From Balanoglossus misakiensis (Eukaryota; Animalia; Hemichordata), in the NCBI GenBank assembly GCA_040954595.2, contig CM082595.2, positions 9,165,918 through 9,229,917 on the forward strand: DNA of 64,000 bases. Direction: 5' to 3'. Position numbers and translations under genes: made by a program. This document shows positions 13,801 to 28,400 of this stretch, piece after piece; within the stretch, counting starts at the first letter, position 1; each line of letters begins with the position of its first letter. The notes beneath the pieces are model-generated. The model did not search any database, had not been told where the DNA came from, and saw only the letters and a list, made by a program, of their open reading frames with translations.

Positions 13801-16800
13801 TTCGTCGATTTTTGAAAAAAATCATGGGGGAAAATCATCAAAAAATGACAAATTTGAAAAAAAACGGGTGAAAATCATCAAAAAATGACACATTTTCGAC
13901 TTTGCAAAATCTCAAAATTTCGTCGATTTTTGAAGAAAATCATGGGTGAAAATCATCAAAAAATGACAAATTTTCGACTTTGCAAAATCTCAAAATTTCG
14001 TCGATTTTTGAAAAAAATCATGGGGGAAAATCATCAAAAAATTACAAATTTTCGACTGCAAAATCTCAAAATTTCGTCGATTTTTGAAAAAATCATGGGT
14101 GAAAATCATGAAAAAATGACAAATTTTCGACTTTGCAAAATCTGAAAATTTCGTCGATTTTTGAAAAAAATCATGGGGGAAAATGATCAAAAAATGACAA
14201 ATTTTCGACTGCAAAATCTCAAAATTTCGTCAATTTTGAAAAAAATCATGGGTGAAAATCATCAAAAAATGACAATTTTTTTACTGCAAAATCTCAAAAT
14301 TTCGTCGATTTTTGAAGAAAATCAAGGGTGAAAATCATCAAAAAATGACAAAATTTTCGACTTTGTAAAATCACAAAATTTCGTCGATTTTTGAAAAAAA
14401 TCATGGTTGAAAATCATCAAAAAATGACAAAATTTTCGACTTTGAAAAATCACAAAATTTCGTCGATTTTTGAAAAAAATCATGGGTGAAAATCATGAAA
14501 AAATGACAAATTTTGAAAAAAAAACGGTGAAAATCATCAAAAAATGACACATTTTCGACTTTGCAAAATCTCAACATTTCGTCGATTTTTTAAAAAAAAT
14601 TGTTGAAAATCATCAAAAAATGACAAATTTTCGACTTCGCAAAATCTCAAAATTTCGTCGATTTTTGAAAAAAATCATGGGTGAAAATCATCAAAAAATG
14701 ACACATTTTCGACTTTGCAAAATCTCAAAATTTCGTCGATTTTTGAAAAAAAATCATGGGTGAAAATCATCAAAAAATGACAAATTTTGAAAAAAAACGG
14801 GTGAAAATCAACAAAAAATGACACATTTTCGACTTTGCAAAATCTCAAAATTTCGTCGATTTTTGAAAAAAAATCATGGGTGAAAATCATCAAAAAATGA
14901 CAAATTTTGAAAAAAAACGGGTGAAAATCATCAAAAAATGACAAAATTTTCGACTTTGTAAAATCACAAAATTTCCGTCGATTTTTGAAAAAAAATCATG
15001 GTTGAAAATCATCAAAAAATGACAAAATTTTCGACTTTGAAAAATCACAAAATTTCGTCGATTTTTGAAAAAAATCATGGGTGAAAATCATGAAAAAATG
15101 ACAAATTTTGAAAAAAAACGGGTGAAAATCATCAAAAAATGACACATTTTCGACTTTGCAAAATCTCAACATTTCGTCGATTTTTTAAAAAAAATTGTTG
15201 AAAATCATCAAAAAATGACAAATTTTCGACTTCGCAAAATCTCAAAATTTCGTCGATTTTTGAAAAAAATCATGGGTGAAAATCATCAAAAAATGACACA
15301 TTTTCGACTTTGCAAAATCTCAAAATTTCGTCGATTTTGAAAAAAAATCATGGGTGAAATCATCAAAAAATGACAAATTTTGAAAAAAAACGGGTGAAAA
15401 TCATCAAAAAATGACACATTTTCGACTTTGCAAAATCTCAAAATTTCGTCGATTTTTGAAGAAAATCATGGGTGAAAATCATCAAAAAATGACAAATTTT
15501 CGACTTTGCAAAATCTCAAAATTTCGTCGATTTTTGAAAAAAATCTTGGGGGAAAATCATCAAAAAATTACAAATTTTCGACTGCAAAATCTCAAAATTT
15601 CATCGATTTTTGAAAAAATCATGGGTGAAAATCATCAAAAAATGATAAATTTTCGACTTTGCAAAATCTCAAAATTTCGTCGATTTTTGAAGAAAATCAA
15701 GGGTGAAAATCATCAAAAAATGACAAAATTTTCGACTTTGTAAAATCACAAAATTTCGTCGATTTTTGAAAAAAAATCATGGTTGAAAATCATCAAAAAA
15801 TGACAAAATTTTCGACTTTGAAAAATCACAAAATTTCGTCGATTTTTGAAAAAAATCATGGGTGAAAATCATGAAAAAATGACAAATTTTGAAAAAAAAC
15901 GGGTGAAAATCATCAAAAAATGACACATTTTCGACTTTGCAAAATCTCAACATTTAGTCGATTTTTGAAAAAAATCATGGTTGAAAATCATCAAAAATGA
16001 CAAAATTTTCGACTTTGCAAAATCTCAACATTTCGTCGATTTTTGAAAAAAATCATGGGTGAAAATCATCAAAAAATGACAAATTTTCGACTTTGCAAAA
16101 TCTCAACATTTCGTCGATTTTTGAAAAAAATCATGGGTGAAAATCATCAAAAAATGACACATTTTCGACTTTGCAAAATCTCAAAATTTCGTCGATTTTT
16201 GAAAAAAATCATGGGTGAAAATCATCAAAAATGACACATTTTCGACTTTGCAAAATCTCAAAATTTCGTCGATTTTTGAAAAAAAATCATGGGTGAAAAT
16301 CATCAAAAAAATGACAAATTTTGAAAAAAAAACGGGTGAAAATCATCAAAAAATGACACATTTTCGACTTTGCAAAATCTCAAAATTTCGTCGATTTTTG
16401 AAAAAAAATCATGGGTGAAAATCATCAAAAAATGACAAATTTTCGTCTTTGCAAAATCTCAAAATTTCGTCCATTTTTGAAAAAAAATCATGGGGGAAAA
16501 TCATCAAAAAATGACAAATTTTCGACTTTGCAAAATCTCAAAATTTCGTCGATTTTTGAAAAAAATCATGGGTGAAAATCATCAAAAAATGACAACATTT
16601 TCGACTTTGTAAAATCACAAAATTTCGTCGATTTTTGAAAAAAAATCATGGTTGAAAATCATCAAAAAATGACAAAATTTTCGACTTTGAAAAATCACAA
16701 AATTTCGTCGATTTTTGAAAAAAATCATGGGTGAAAATCATGAAAAAATGACAAATTTTGAAAAAAAAACGGGTGAAAATCATCAAAAAATGACACATTT

Positions 16801-19800
16801 TCGACTTTGCAAAATCTCAACATTTCGTCGATTTTTTAAAAAAAATTGTTGAAAATCATCAAAAAATGACAAATTTTCGACTTCGCAAAATCTCAAAATT
16901 TCGTCGATTTTTGAAAAAAATCATGGGTGAAAATCATCAAAAAATGACACATTTTCGACTTTGCAAAATCTCAAAATTTCGTCGATTTTGAAAAAAATCA
17001 TGGGTGAAAATCATCAAAAAATGACAAATTTTGAAAAAAATCATGGGTGAAAATCATCAAAAAATGATAAATTTTCGACTTTGCAAATCTCAAAATTTCG
17101 TCGATTTTTGAAGAAAATCAAGGGTGAAAATCATCAAAAAATGACAAAATTTTCGACTTTGTAAAATCACAAAATTTCGTCGATTTTTTGAAAAAAAATC
17201 ATGGTTGAAAATCATCAAAAAATGACAAAATTTTCGACTTTGAAAAATCACAAAATTTCGTCGATTTTTGAAAAAAATCATGGGTGAAAATCATGAAAAA
17301 ATGACAAATTTTGAAAAAAAAACGGGTGAAAATCATCAAAAAATGACACATTTTCGACTTTGCAAAATCTCAACATTTAGTCGATTTTTGAAAAAAATCA
17401 TGGTTGAAAATCATCAAAAAATGACAAAATTTTCGACTTTGCAAAATCTCAACATTTCGTCGATTTTTGAAAAAAATCATGGGTGAAAATCATCAAAAAA
17501 TGACAAATTTTCGACTTTGCAAAATCTCAACATTTCGTCGATTTTTGAAAAAAATCATGGGTGAAAATCATCAAAAAATGACACATTTTCGACTTTGCAA
17601 AATCTCAAAATTTCGTCGATTTTTGAAAAAAATCATGGGTGAAAATCATCAAAAAATGACACATTTTCGACTTTGCAAAATCTCAAAATTTCGTCGATTT
17701 TTGAAAAAAAATCATGGGTGAAAATCATCAAAAAATGACAAATTTTGAAAAAAAAACGGGTGAAAATCATCAAAAAATGACACATTTTCGACTTTGCAAA
17801 ATCTCAAAATTTCGTCGATTTTTGAAAAAAAATCATGGGTGAAAATCATCAAAAATGACAAATTTTCGTCTTTGCAAAATCTCAAAATTTCGTCCATTTT
17901 TGAAAAAAAATCATGGGGGAAAATCATCAAAAAATGACAAATTTTCGACTTTGCAAAATCTCAAAATTTCGTCGATTTTTGAAAAAAATCATGGGTGAAA
18001 ATCATCAAAAAATGACAAAATTTTCGACTTTGTAAAATCACAAAATTTCGTCGATTTTTGAAAAAAAAATCATGGTTGAAAATCATCAAAAAATGACAAA
18101 ATTTTCGACTTTGAAAAATCACAAAATTTCGTCGATTTTTGAAAAAAATCATGGGTGAAAATCATGAAAAAATGACAAATTTTGAAAAAAAAAACGGGTG
18201 AAAATCATCAAAAAATGACACATTTTCGACTTTGCAAAATCTCAACATTTCGTCGATTTTTTAAAAAAAATTGTTGAAAATCATCAAAAAATGACAAATT
18301 TTCGACTTCGCAAAATCTCAAAATTTCGTCGATTTTTGAAAAAAATCATGGGTGAAAATCATCAAAAAATGACACATTTTCGACTTTGCAAAATCTCAAA
18401 ATTTCGTCGATTTTTGAAAAAAATCATGGGTGAAAATCATCAAAAAATGACAAATTTTGAAAAAAAACGGGTGAAAATCATCAAAAAATGACACATTTTC
18501 GACTTTGCAAAATCTCAAAATTTCGTCGATTTTTGAAGAAAATCATGGGTGAAAATCATCAAAAAATGACAAATTTTCGACTTTGCAAAATCTCAAAATT
18601 TCGTCGATTTTTGAAAAAAATCATGGGGGAAAATCATCAAAAAATTACAAATTTTCGACTGCAAAATCTCAAAATTTCGTCGATTTTTGAAAAAATCATG
18701 GGTGAAAATCATGAAAAAATGACAAATTTTCGACTTTGCAAAATCTGAAAATTTCGTCGATTTTTGAAAAAAATCATGGGGGAAAATGATCAAAAAATGA
18801 CAAATTTTCGACTGCAAAATCTCAAAATTTCGTCTATTTTGAAAAAAATCATGGGTGAAAATCATCAAAAAATGACAATTTTTTTACTGCAAAATCTCAA
18901 AATTTCATCGATTTTTGAAAAAATCATGGGTGAAAATCATCAAAAAATGATAAATTTTCGACTTTGCAAAATCTCAAAATTTCGTCGATTTTTGAAGAAA
19001 ATCAAGGGTGAAAATCATCAAAAAATGACAAAATTTTCGACTTTGTAAAATCACAAAATTTCGTCGATTTTTGAAAAAAAATCATGGTTGAAAATCATCA
19101 AAAAATGACAAAATTTTCGACTTTGAAAAATCACAAAATTTCGTCGATTTTTGAAAAAAATCATGGGTGAAAATCATGAAAAAATGACAAATTTTGAAAA
19201 AAAAACGGGTGAAAATCATCAAAAAATGACACATTTTCGACTTTGCAATATCTCAACATTTAGTCGATTTTTGAAAAAAATCATGGTTGAAAATCATCAA
19301 AAAATGACAAAATTTTCGACTTTGCAAAATCTCAACATTTCGTCGATTTTTGAAAAAAATCATGGGTGAAAATCATCAAAAAATGACAAATTTTCGACTT
19401 TGCAAAATCTCAACATTTCGTCGATTTTTGAAAAAAATCATGGGTGAAAATCATCAAAAAATGACACATTTTCGACTTTGCAAAATCTCAAAATTTCGTC
19501 GATTTTTGAAAAAAATCATGGGTGAAAATCATCAAAAAATGACACATTTTCGACTTTGCAAAATCTCAAAATTTCGTCGATTTTTGAAAAAAAATCATGG
19601 GTGAAAATCATCAAAAAATGACAAATTTTGAAAAAAAACGGGTGAAAATCATCAAAAAATGACACATTTTCGACTTTGCAAAATCTCAAAATTTCGTCGA
19701 TTTTTGAAAAAAAATCATGGGTGAAAATCATCAAAAAATGACAAATTTTCGTCTTTGCAAAATCTCAAAATTTCGTCCATTTTTGAAAAAAAATCATGGG

Positions 19801-22800
19801 GGGAAAATCATCAAAAAATGACAAATTTTCGACTTTGCAAAATCTCAAAATTTCGTCGATTTTTGAAAAAAATCATGGGTGAAAATCATCAAAAAATGAC
19901 AAATTTTCGACTTTGCAAAATCTCAAAATTTCGTCGATTTTTGAAGAAAATCATGGGTGAAAATCATCAAAAAATGACAAATTTTCGACTTTGCAAAATC
20001 TCAAAATTTCGTCGATTTTTGAAAAAAATCATGGGTGAAAACCATCAAAAAATGACAAATTTTCGACTTTGCAAAATCTCAAAATTTCGTCGATTTTTGA
20101 AGAAAATCATAGGTGAAAATCATCAAAAAATGATAAATTTTCGACTTTGCAAAATCTCAAAATTTCGTCGATTTTTGAAGAAAATCAAGGGTGAAAATCA
20201 TCAAAAAATGACAAAATTTTCGCCTTTGTAAAATCACAAAATTTCGTCGATTTTTGAAAAAAAATCATGAATGAAAATCATCAAAAAATGACAAAATTTT
20301 CGACTTTGAAAAATCACAAAATTTCGTCGATTTTTGAAAAAAAATCATGGGTGAAAATCATGAAAAAATGACAAATTTTGAAAAAAAACCGGGTGAAAAT
20401 CATCAAAAAATGACACATTTTCGACTTTGCAAAATCTCAACATTTAGTCGATTTTTGAAAAAAATCATGGTTGAAAATCATCAAAAAATGACAAAATTTT
20501 CGACTTTGCAAAATCTCAACATTTCGTCGATTTTTGAAAAAAAATCATGGGTGAAAATCATCAAAAAATGACAAATTTTCGACTTTGCAAAATCTCAACA
20601 TTTCGTCGATTTTTGAAAAAAATCATGGGTGAAAATCATCAAAAAATGACAAATTTTCGACTTCGCAAAATCTCAAAATTTTCGTCGATTTTTGAAAAAA
20701 ATCATGGGTGAAAATCATCAAAAAATGACACATTTTCGACTTTGCAAAATCTCAAAATTTCGTCGATTTTTGAAAAAAATCATGGGTGAAAATCATCAAA
20801 AAATGACAAATTTTGAAAAAAAACGGGTGAAAATCATCAAAAAATGACACATTTTCGACTTTGCAAAATCTCAAAATTTCGTCGATTTTTGAAGAAAATC
20901 ATGGGTGAAAATCATCAAAAAATGACAAATTTTCGACTTTGCAAAATCTCAAAATTTCGTCGATTTTTGAAAAAAATCATGGGGGAAAATCATCAAAAAA
21001 TTACAAATTTTCGACTGCAAAATCTCAAAATTTCGTCGATTTTTGAAAAAATCATGGGTGAAAATCATGAAAAAATGACAAATTTTCGACTTTGCAAAAT
21101 CTGAAAATTTCGTCGATTTTGAAAAAAATCATGGGGGAAAATGATCAAAAAATGACAAATTTTCGACTGCAAAATCTCAAAATTTCGTCAATTTTGAAAA
21201 AAATCATGGGTGAAAATCATCAAAAAATGACAATTTTTTTACTGCAAAATCTCAAAATTTCATCGATTTTTGAAAAGAATCATGGGTGAAAATCATCAAA
21301 AAATGATAAATTTTCGACTTTGCAAAATCTCAAAATTTCGTCGATTTTTGAAGAAAATCAAGGGTGAAAATCATCAAAAAATGACAAAATTTTCGACTTT
21401 GTAAAATCACAAAATTTCGTCGATTTTTGAAAAAAAATCATGGTTGAAAATCATCAAAAAATGACAAAATTTTCGACTTCGCAAAATCACAACATTTCGT
21501 CGATTTTTTAAAAAAAATTGTTGAAAATCATCAAAAAATGACAAATTTTCGACTTCGCAAAATCTCAAAATTTCGTCGATTTTTGAAAAAAATCATGGGT
21601 GAAAATCATCAAAAAATGACACATTTTCGACTTTGCAAAATCTCAAAATTTCGTCGATTTTTGAAAAAAATCATGGGTGAAAATCATCAAAAAATGACAA
21701 ATTTTGAAAAAAAACGGGTAAAAATCATCAAAAAATGACACATTTTCGACTTTGCAAAATCTCAAAATTTCGTCGATTTTTGAAAAAAAATCATGGGTGA
21801 AAATCATCAAAAAATGACAAATTTTGAAAAAAAACGGGTGAAAATCATCAAAAAATGACACATTTTCGACTTTGCAAAATCTCAAAATTTCGTCGATTTT
21901 TGAAGAAAATCATGGGTGAAAATCATCAAAAAATGACAAATTTTCGACTTTGCAAAATCTCAAAATTTCGTCGATTTTTGAAAAAAATCATGGGGGAAAA
22001 TCATCAAAAAATTACAAATTTTCGACTGCAAAATCTCAAAATTTCGTCGATTTTTGAAAAAAATCATGGGTGAAAATCATGAAAAAATGACAAATTTTCG
22101 ACTTTGCAAAATCTGAAAATTTCGTCGATTTTTGAAAAAAATCATGGGGGAAAATGATCAAAAAATGACAAATTTTCGACTGCAAAATCTTAAAATTTCG
22201 TCAATTTTGAAAAAAATCATGGGTGAAAATCATCAAAAAATGACAATTTTTTTACTGCAAAATCTCAAAATTTCATCGATTTTTGAAAAAAATCATGGGT
22301 GAAAATCATCAAAAAATGATAAATTTTCGACTTTGCAAAATCTCAAAATTTCGTCGATTTTTGAAGAAAATCAAGGGTGAAAATCATCAAAAATGACAAA
22401 ATTTTCGACTTTGTAAAATCACAAAATTTCGTCGATTTTTGAAAAAAAATCATGGTTGAAAATCATCAAAAAATGACAAAATTTTCGACTTTGAAAAATC
22501 ACAAAATTTCGTCGATTTTTGAAAAAAATCATGGGTGAAAATCATGAAAAAATGACAAATTTTGAAAAAAAAACGGGTGAAAATCATCAAAAAATGACAC
22601 ATTTTCGACTTAGCAAAATCTCAACATTTCGTCGATTTTTTAAAAAAAATTGTTGAAAATCATCAAAAAATGACAAATTTTCGACTTCGCAAAATCTCAA
22701 AATTTCGTCGATTTTTGAAAAAAATCATGGGTGAAAATCATCAAAAAATGACACATTTTCGACTTTGCAAAATCTCAAAATTTCGTCGATTTTTGAAAAA

Positions 22801-24174
22801 AAATCATGGGTGAAAATCATCAAAAAATGACAAATTTTGAAAAAAAACGGGTGAAAATCATCAAAAAATGACACATTTTCGACTTTGCAAAATCTCAAAA
22901 TTTCGTCGATTTTTGAAGAAAATCATGGGTGAAAATCATCAAAAAATGACAAATTTTCGACTTTGCAAAATCTCAAAATTTCGTCGATTTTTGAAAAAAA
23001 TCATGGGGGAAAATCATCAAAAAATTACAAATTTTCGACTGCAAAATCTCAAAATTTCGTCGATTTTTGAAAAAATCATGGGTGAAAATCATGAAAAAAT
23101 GACAAATTTTCGACTTTGCAAAATCTGAAAATTTCGTCGATTTTTGAAAAAAATCATGGGGGAAAATGATCAAAAAATGACAAATTTTCGACTGCAAAAT
23201 CTCAAAATTTCGTCAATTTTGAAAAAAATCATGGGTGAAAATCATCAAAAAATGACAATTTTTTTACTGCAAAATCTCAAAATTTCATCGATTTTTGAAA
23301 AAAATCATGGGTGAAAATCATCAAAAAATGATAAATTTTCGACTTTGCAAAATCTCAAAATTTCGTCGATTTTTGAAGAAAATCAAGGGTGAAAATCATC
23401 AAAAAATGACAAAATTTTCGACTTTGTAAAATCACAAAATTTCGTCGATTTTTGAAAAAAAATCATGGTTGAAAATCATCAAAAAATGACAAAATTTTCG
23501 ACTTTGAAAAATCACAAAATTTCGTCGATTTTTGAAAAAAATCATGGGTGAAAATCATGAAAAAATGACAAATTTTGAAAAAAAACGGGTGAGAATCATC
23601 AAAAAATGACACATTTTCGACTTTGCAAAATCTCAACATTTAGTCGATTTTTGAAAAAAATCATGGTTGAAAATCATCAAAAAATGACAAAATTTTCGAC
23701 TTTGCAAAATCTCAACATTCGTCGATTTTTGAAAAAAATCATGGGTGAAAATCATCAAAAAATGACAAATTTTCGACTTTGCAAAATCTCAACATTTCGT
23801 CGATTTTTGAAAAAAATCATGGGTGAAAATCATCAAAAAATGACACATTTTCGACTTTGCAAAATCTCAAAATTTCGTCGATTTTTGAAAAAAATCATGG
23901 GTGAAAATCATCAAAAAATGACACATTTTCGACTTTGCAAAATCTCAAAATTTCGTCGATTTTTGAAAAAAAATCATGGGTGAAAATCATCAAAAAATGA
24001 CAAATTTTGAAAAAAAAACGGGTGAAAATCATCAAAAAATGACACATTTTCGACTTTGCAAAATCTCAAAATTTCGTCGATTTTTGAAAAAAAATCATGG
24101 GTGAAAATCATCAAAAAATGACAAATTTTCGTCTTTGCAAAATCTCAAAATTTCGTCCATTTTTGAAAAAAATC

Positions 24175-27100
24175 ATGGGGGAAAATCATCAAAAAATGAC
24201 AAATTTTCGACTTTGCAAAATCTCAAAATTTCGTCGATTTTTGAAAAAAATCATGGGTGAAAATCATCAAAAAATGACAAATTTTCGACTTTGCAAAATC
24301 TCAAAATTTCGTCGATTTTTGAAGAAAATCATGGGTGAAAATCATCAAAAAATGACAAATTTTCGACTTTGCAAAATCTCAAAATTTCGTCGATTTTTGA
24401 AAAAATCATGGGGGAAAATCATCAAAAAATTACAAATTTTCGACTGCAAAATCTCAAAATTTCGTCGATTTTTGAAAAAATCATGGGTGAAAATCATGAA
24501 AAAATGACAAATTTTCGACTTTGCAAAATCTGAAAATTTCGTCGATTTTTGAAAAAAATCATGGGGAAAATGATCAAAAAATGACAAATTTTCGACTGCA
24601 AAATCTCAAAATTTCGTCAATTTTGAAAAAAATCATGGGTGAAAATCATCAAAAAATGACAATTTTTTTACTGCAAAATCTCAAAATTTCATCGATTTTT
24701 GAAAAAATCATGGGTGAAAATCATCAAAAAATGATAAATTTTCGACTTTGCAAAATCTCAAAATTTCGTCGATTTTTGAAGAAAATCAAGGGTGAAAATC
24801 ATCAAAAAATGACACATTTTCGACTTTGCAAAATCTCAAAATTTCGTCGATTTTTGAAAAAAAATCATGGGTGAAAACCATCAAAAAATGACAAATTTTC
24901 GACTTTGCAAAATCTCAAAATTTCGTCGATTTTTGAAGAAAATCATGGGTGAAAATCATCAAAAAATGATAAATTTTCGACTTTGCAAAAATCTCAAAAT
25001 TTCGTCGATTTTTGAAGAAAATCAAGGGTGAAAATCATCAAAAAATGACAAAATTTTCGACTTTGTAAAATCACAAAATTTCGTCGATTTTTGAAAAAAA
25101 ATCATGAATGAAAATCATCAAAAAATGACAAAATTTTCGACTTTGAAAAATCACAAAATTTCGTCGATTTTTGAAAAAAAATCATGGGTGAAAATCATGA
25201 AAAAATGACAAATTTTGAAAAAAAACCGGGTGAAAATCATCAAAAAATGACACATTTCGACTTTGCAAAATCTCAACATTTCGTCGATTTTTGAAAAAAA
25301 TCATGGGTGAAAATCATCAAAAAATGACAAATTTTCGACTTTGCAAAATCTCAACATTTCGTCGATTTTTGAAAAAAATCATGGGTGAAAATCATCAAAA
25401 AATGACACATTTTCGACTTTGCAAAATCTCAAAATTTCGTCGATTTTTGAAAAAAATCATGGGTGAAAATCATCAAAAAATGACACATTTTCGACTTTGC
25501 AAAATCTCAAAATTTCGTCGATTTTTGAAAAAAATCATGGGTGAAAATCATCAAAAAATGACAAATTTTGAAAAAAAACGGGTGAAAATCATCAAAAAAT
25601 GACACATTTTCGACTTTGCAAAATCTCAAAATTTCGTCGATTTTTGAAAAAAAATCATGGGTGAAAATCATCAAAAAATGACAAATTTTCGTCTTTGCAA
25701 AATCTCAAAATTTCGTCCATTTTTGAAAAAAAATCATGGGGGAAAATCATCAAAAAATGACAAATTTTCGACTTTGCAAAATCTCAAAATTTCGTCGATT
25801 TTTGAAAAAAATCATGGGTGAAAATCATCAAAAAATGACAAATTTTCGACTTTGCAAAATCTCAAAATTTCGTCGATTTTTGAAGAAAATCATGGGTGAA
25901 AATCATCAAAAAATGACAAATTTTCGACTTTGCAAAATCTCAAAATTTCGTCGATTTTTGAAAAAAATCATGGGGGAAAATCATCAAAAAATTACAAATT
26001 TTCGACTGCAAAATCTCAAAATTTCGTCGATTTTTGAAAAAATCATGGGTGAAAATCATGAAAAAATGACAAATTTTCGACTTTGCAAAATCTGAAAATT
26101 TCGTCGATTTTTGAAAAAAATCATGGGGGAAAATGATCAAAAAATGACAAATTTTCGACTGCAAAATCTCAAAATTTCGTCAATTTTGAAAAAAATCATG
26201 GGTGAAAATCATCAAAAAATGACAATTTTTTTACTGCAAAATCTCAAAATTTCATCGATTTTTGAAAAAAATCATGGGTGAAAATCATCAAAAAATGATA
26301 AATTTTTCGACTTTGCAAAATCTCAAAATTTCGTCGATTTTTGAAGAAAATCAAGGGTGAAAATCATCAAAAAATGACACATTTTCGACTTTGCAAAATC
26401 TCAAAATTTCGTCGATTTTTGAAAAAAAATCATGGGTGAAAACCATCAAAAAATGACAAATTTTCGACTTTGCAAAATCTCAAAATTTCGTCGATTTTTG
26501 AAGAAAATCATGGGTGAAAATCATCAAAAAATGATAAATTTTCGACTTTGCAAAATCTCAAAATTTCGTCGATTTTTGAAGAAAATCAAGGGTGAAAATC
26601 ATCAAAAAATGACAAAATTTTCGACTTTGTAAAATCACAAAATTTCGTCGATTTTTGAAAAAAAATCATGAATGAAAATCATCAAAAAATGACAAAATTT
26701 TCGACTTTGAAAAATCACAAAATTTCGTCGATTTTTGAAAAAAAATCATGGGTGAAAATCATGAAAAAATGACAAATTTTGAAAAAAAACCGGGTGAAAA
26801 TCATCAAAAAATGACACATTTTCGACTTTGCAAAATCTCAACATTTCGTCGATTTTTGAAAAAAATCATGGGTGAAAATCATCAAAAAATGACAAATTTT
26901 CGACTTTGCAAAATCTCAACATTTCGTCGATTTTTGAAAAAAATCATGGGTGAAAATCATCAAAAAATGACACATTTTCGACTTTGCAAAATCTCAAAAT
27001 TTCGTCGATTTTTGAAAAAAATCATGGGTGAAAATCATCAAAAAATGACACATTTTCGACTTTGCAAAATCTCAAAATTTCGTCGATTTTTGAAAAAAAA

Positions 27101-28400
27101 TCATGGGTGAAAATCATCAAAAAATGACAAATTTTGAAAAAAAAACGGGTGAAAATCATCAAAAAATGACACATTTTCGACTTTGCAAAATCTCAAAATT
27201 TCGTCGATTTTTGAAAAAAAATCATGGGTGAAAATCATCAAAAAATGACAAATTTTCGTCTTTGCAAAATCTCAAAATTTCGTCCATTTTTGAAAAAAAA
27301 TCATGGGGGAAAATCATCAAAAAATGACAAATTTTCGACTTTGCAAAATCTCAAAATTTCGTCGATTTTTGAAAAAAATCATGGGTGAAAATCATCAAAA
27401 AATGACAAATTTTCGACTTTGCAAAATCTCAAAATTTCGTCGATTTTTGAAGAAAATCATGGGTGAAAATCATCAAAAAATGACAAATTTTCGACTTTGC
27501 AAAATCTCAAAATTTCGTCGATTTTTGAAAAAAATCATGGGGGAAAATCATCAAAAAATTACAAATTTTCGACTGCAAAATCTCAAAATTTCGTCGATTT
27601 TTGAAAAAATCATGGGTGAAAATCATGAAAAAATGACAAATTTTCGACTTTGCAAAATCTGAAAATTTCGTCGATTTTTGAAAAAAATCATGGGGGAAAA
27701 TGATCAAAAAATGACAAATTTTCGACTGCAAAATCTCAAAATTTCGTCAATTTTGAAAAAAATCATGGGTGAAAATCATCAAAAAATGACAATTTTTTTA
27801 CTGCAAAATCTCAAAATTTCATCGATTTTGAAAAAAATCATGGGTGAAAATCATCAAAAAATGATAAATTTTCGACTTTGCAAAATCTCAAAATTTCGTC
27901 GATTTTTGAAGAAAATCAAGGGTGAAAATCATCAAAAATGACACATTTTCGACTTTGCAAAATCTCAAAATTTCGTCGATTTTTGAAAAAAAATCATGGG
28001 TGAAAACCATCAAAAAATGACAAATTTTCGACTTTGCAAAATCTCAAAATTTCGTCGATTTTTGAAGAAAATCATGGGTGAAAATCATCAAAAAATGATA
28101 AATTTTCGACTTTGCAAAATCTCAAAATTTCGTCGATTTTTGAAGAAAATCAAGGGTGAAAATCATCAAAAAATGACAAATTTTCGACTTTGTAAAATCA
28201 CAAAATTTCGTCGATTTTTGAAAAAAATCATGAATGAAAATCATCAAAAAATGACAAAATTTTCGACTTTGAAAAATCACAAAATTTCGTCGATTTTTGA
28301 AAAAAAATCATGGGTGAAAATCATGAAAAAATGACAAATTTTGAAAAAAAACCGGGTGAAAATCATCAAAAAATGACACATTTTCGACTTTGCAAAATCT
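24175..28400 (+). repeat. ~1.56-kb higher-order repeat, about 2.7 copies
   Basis: Matching variant strings and ORF translations at 25736/27303, 25940/27507, 26432/27996 and 26748/28310 (offsets 1562-1567). Confidence 0.8.
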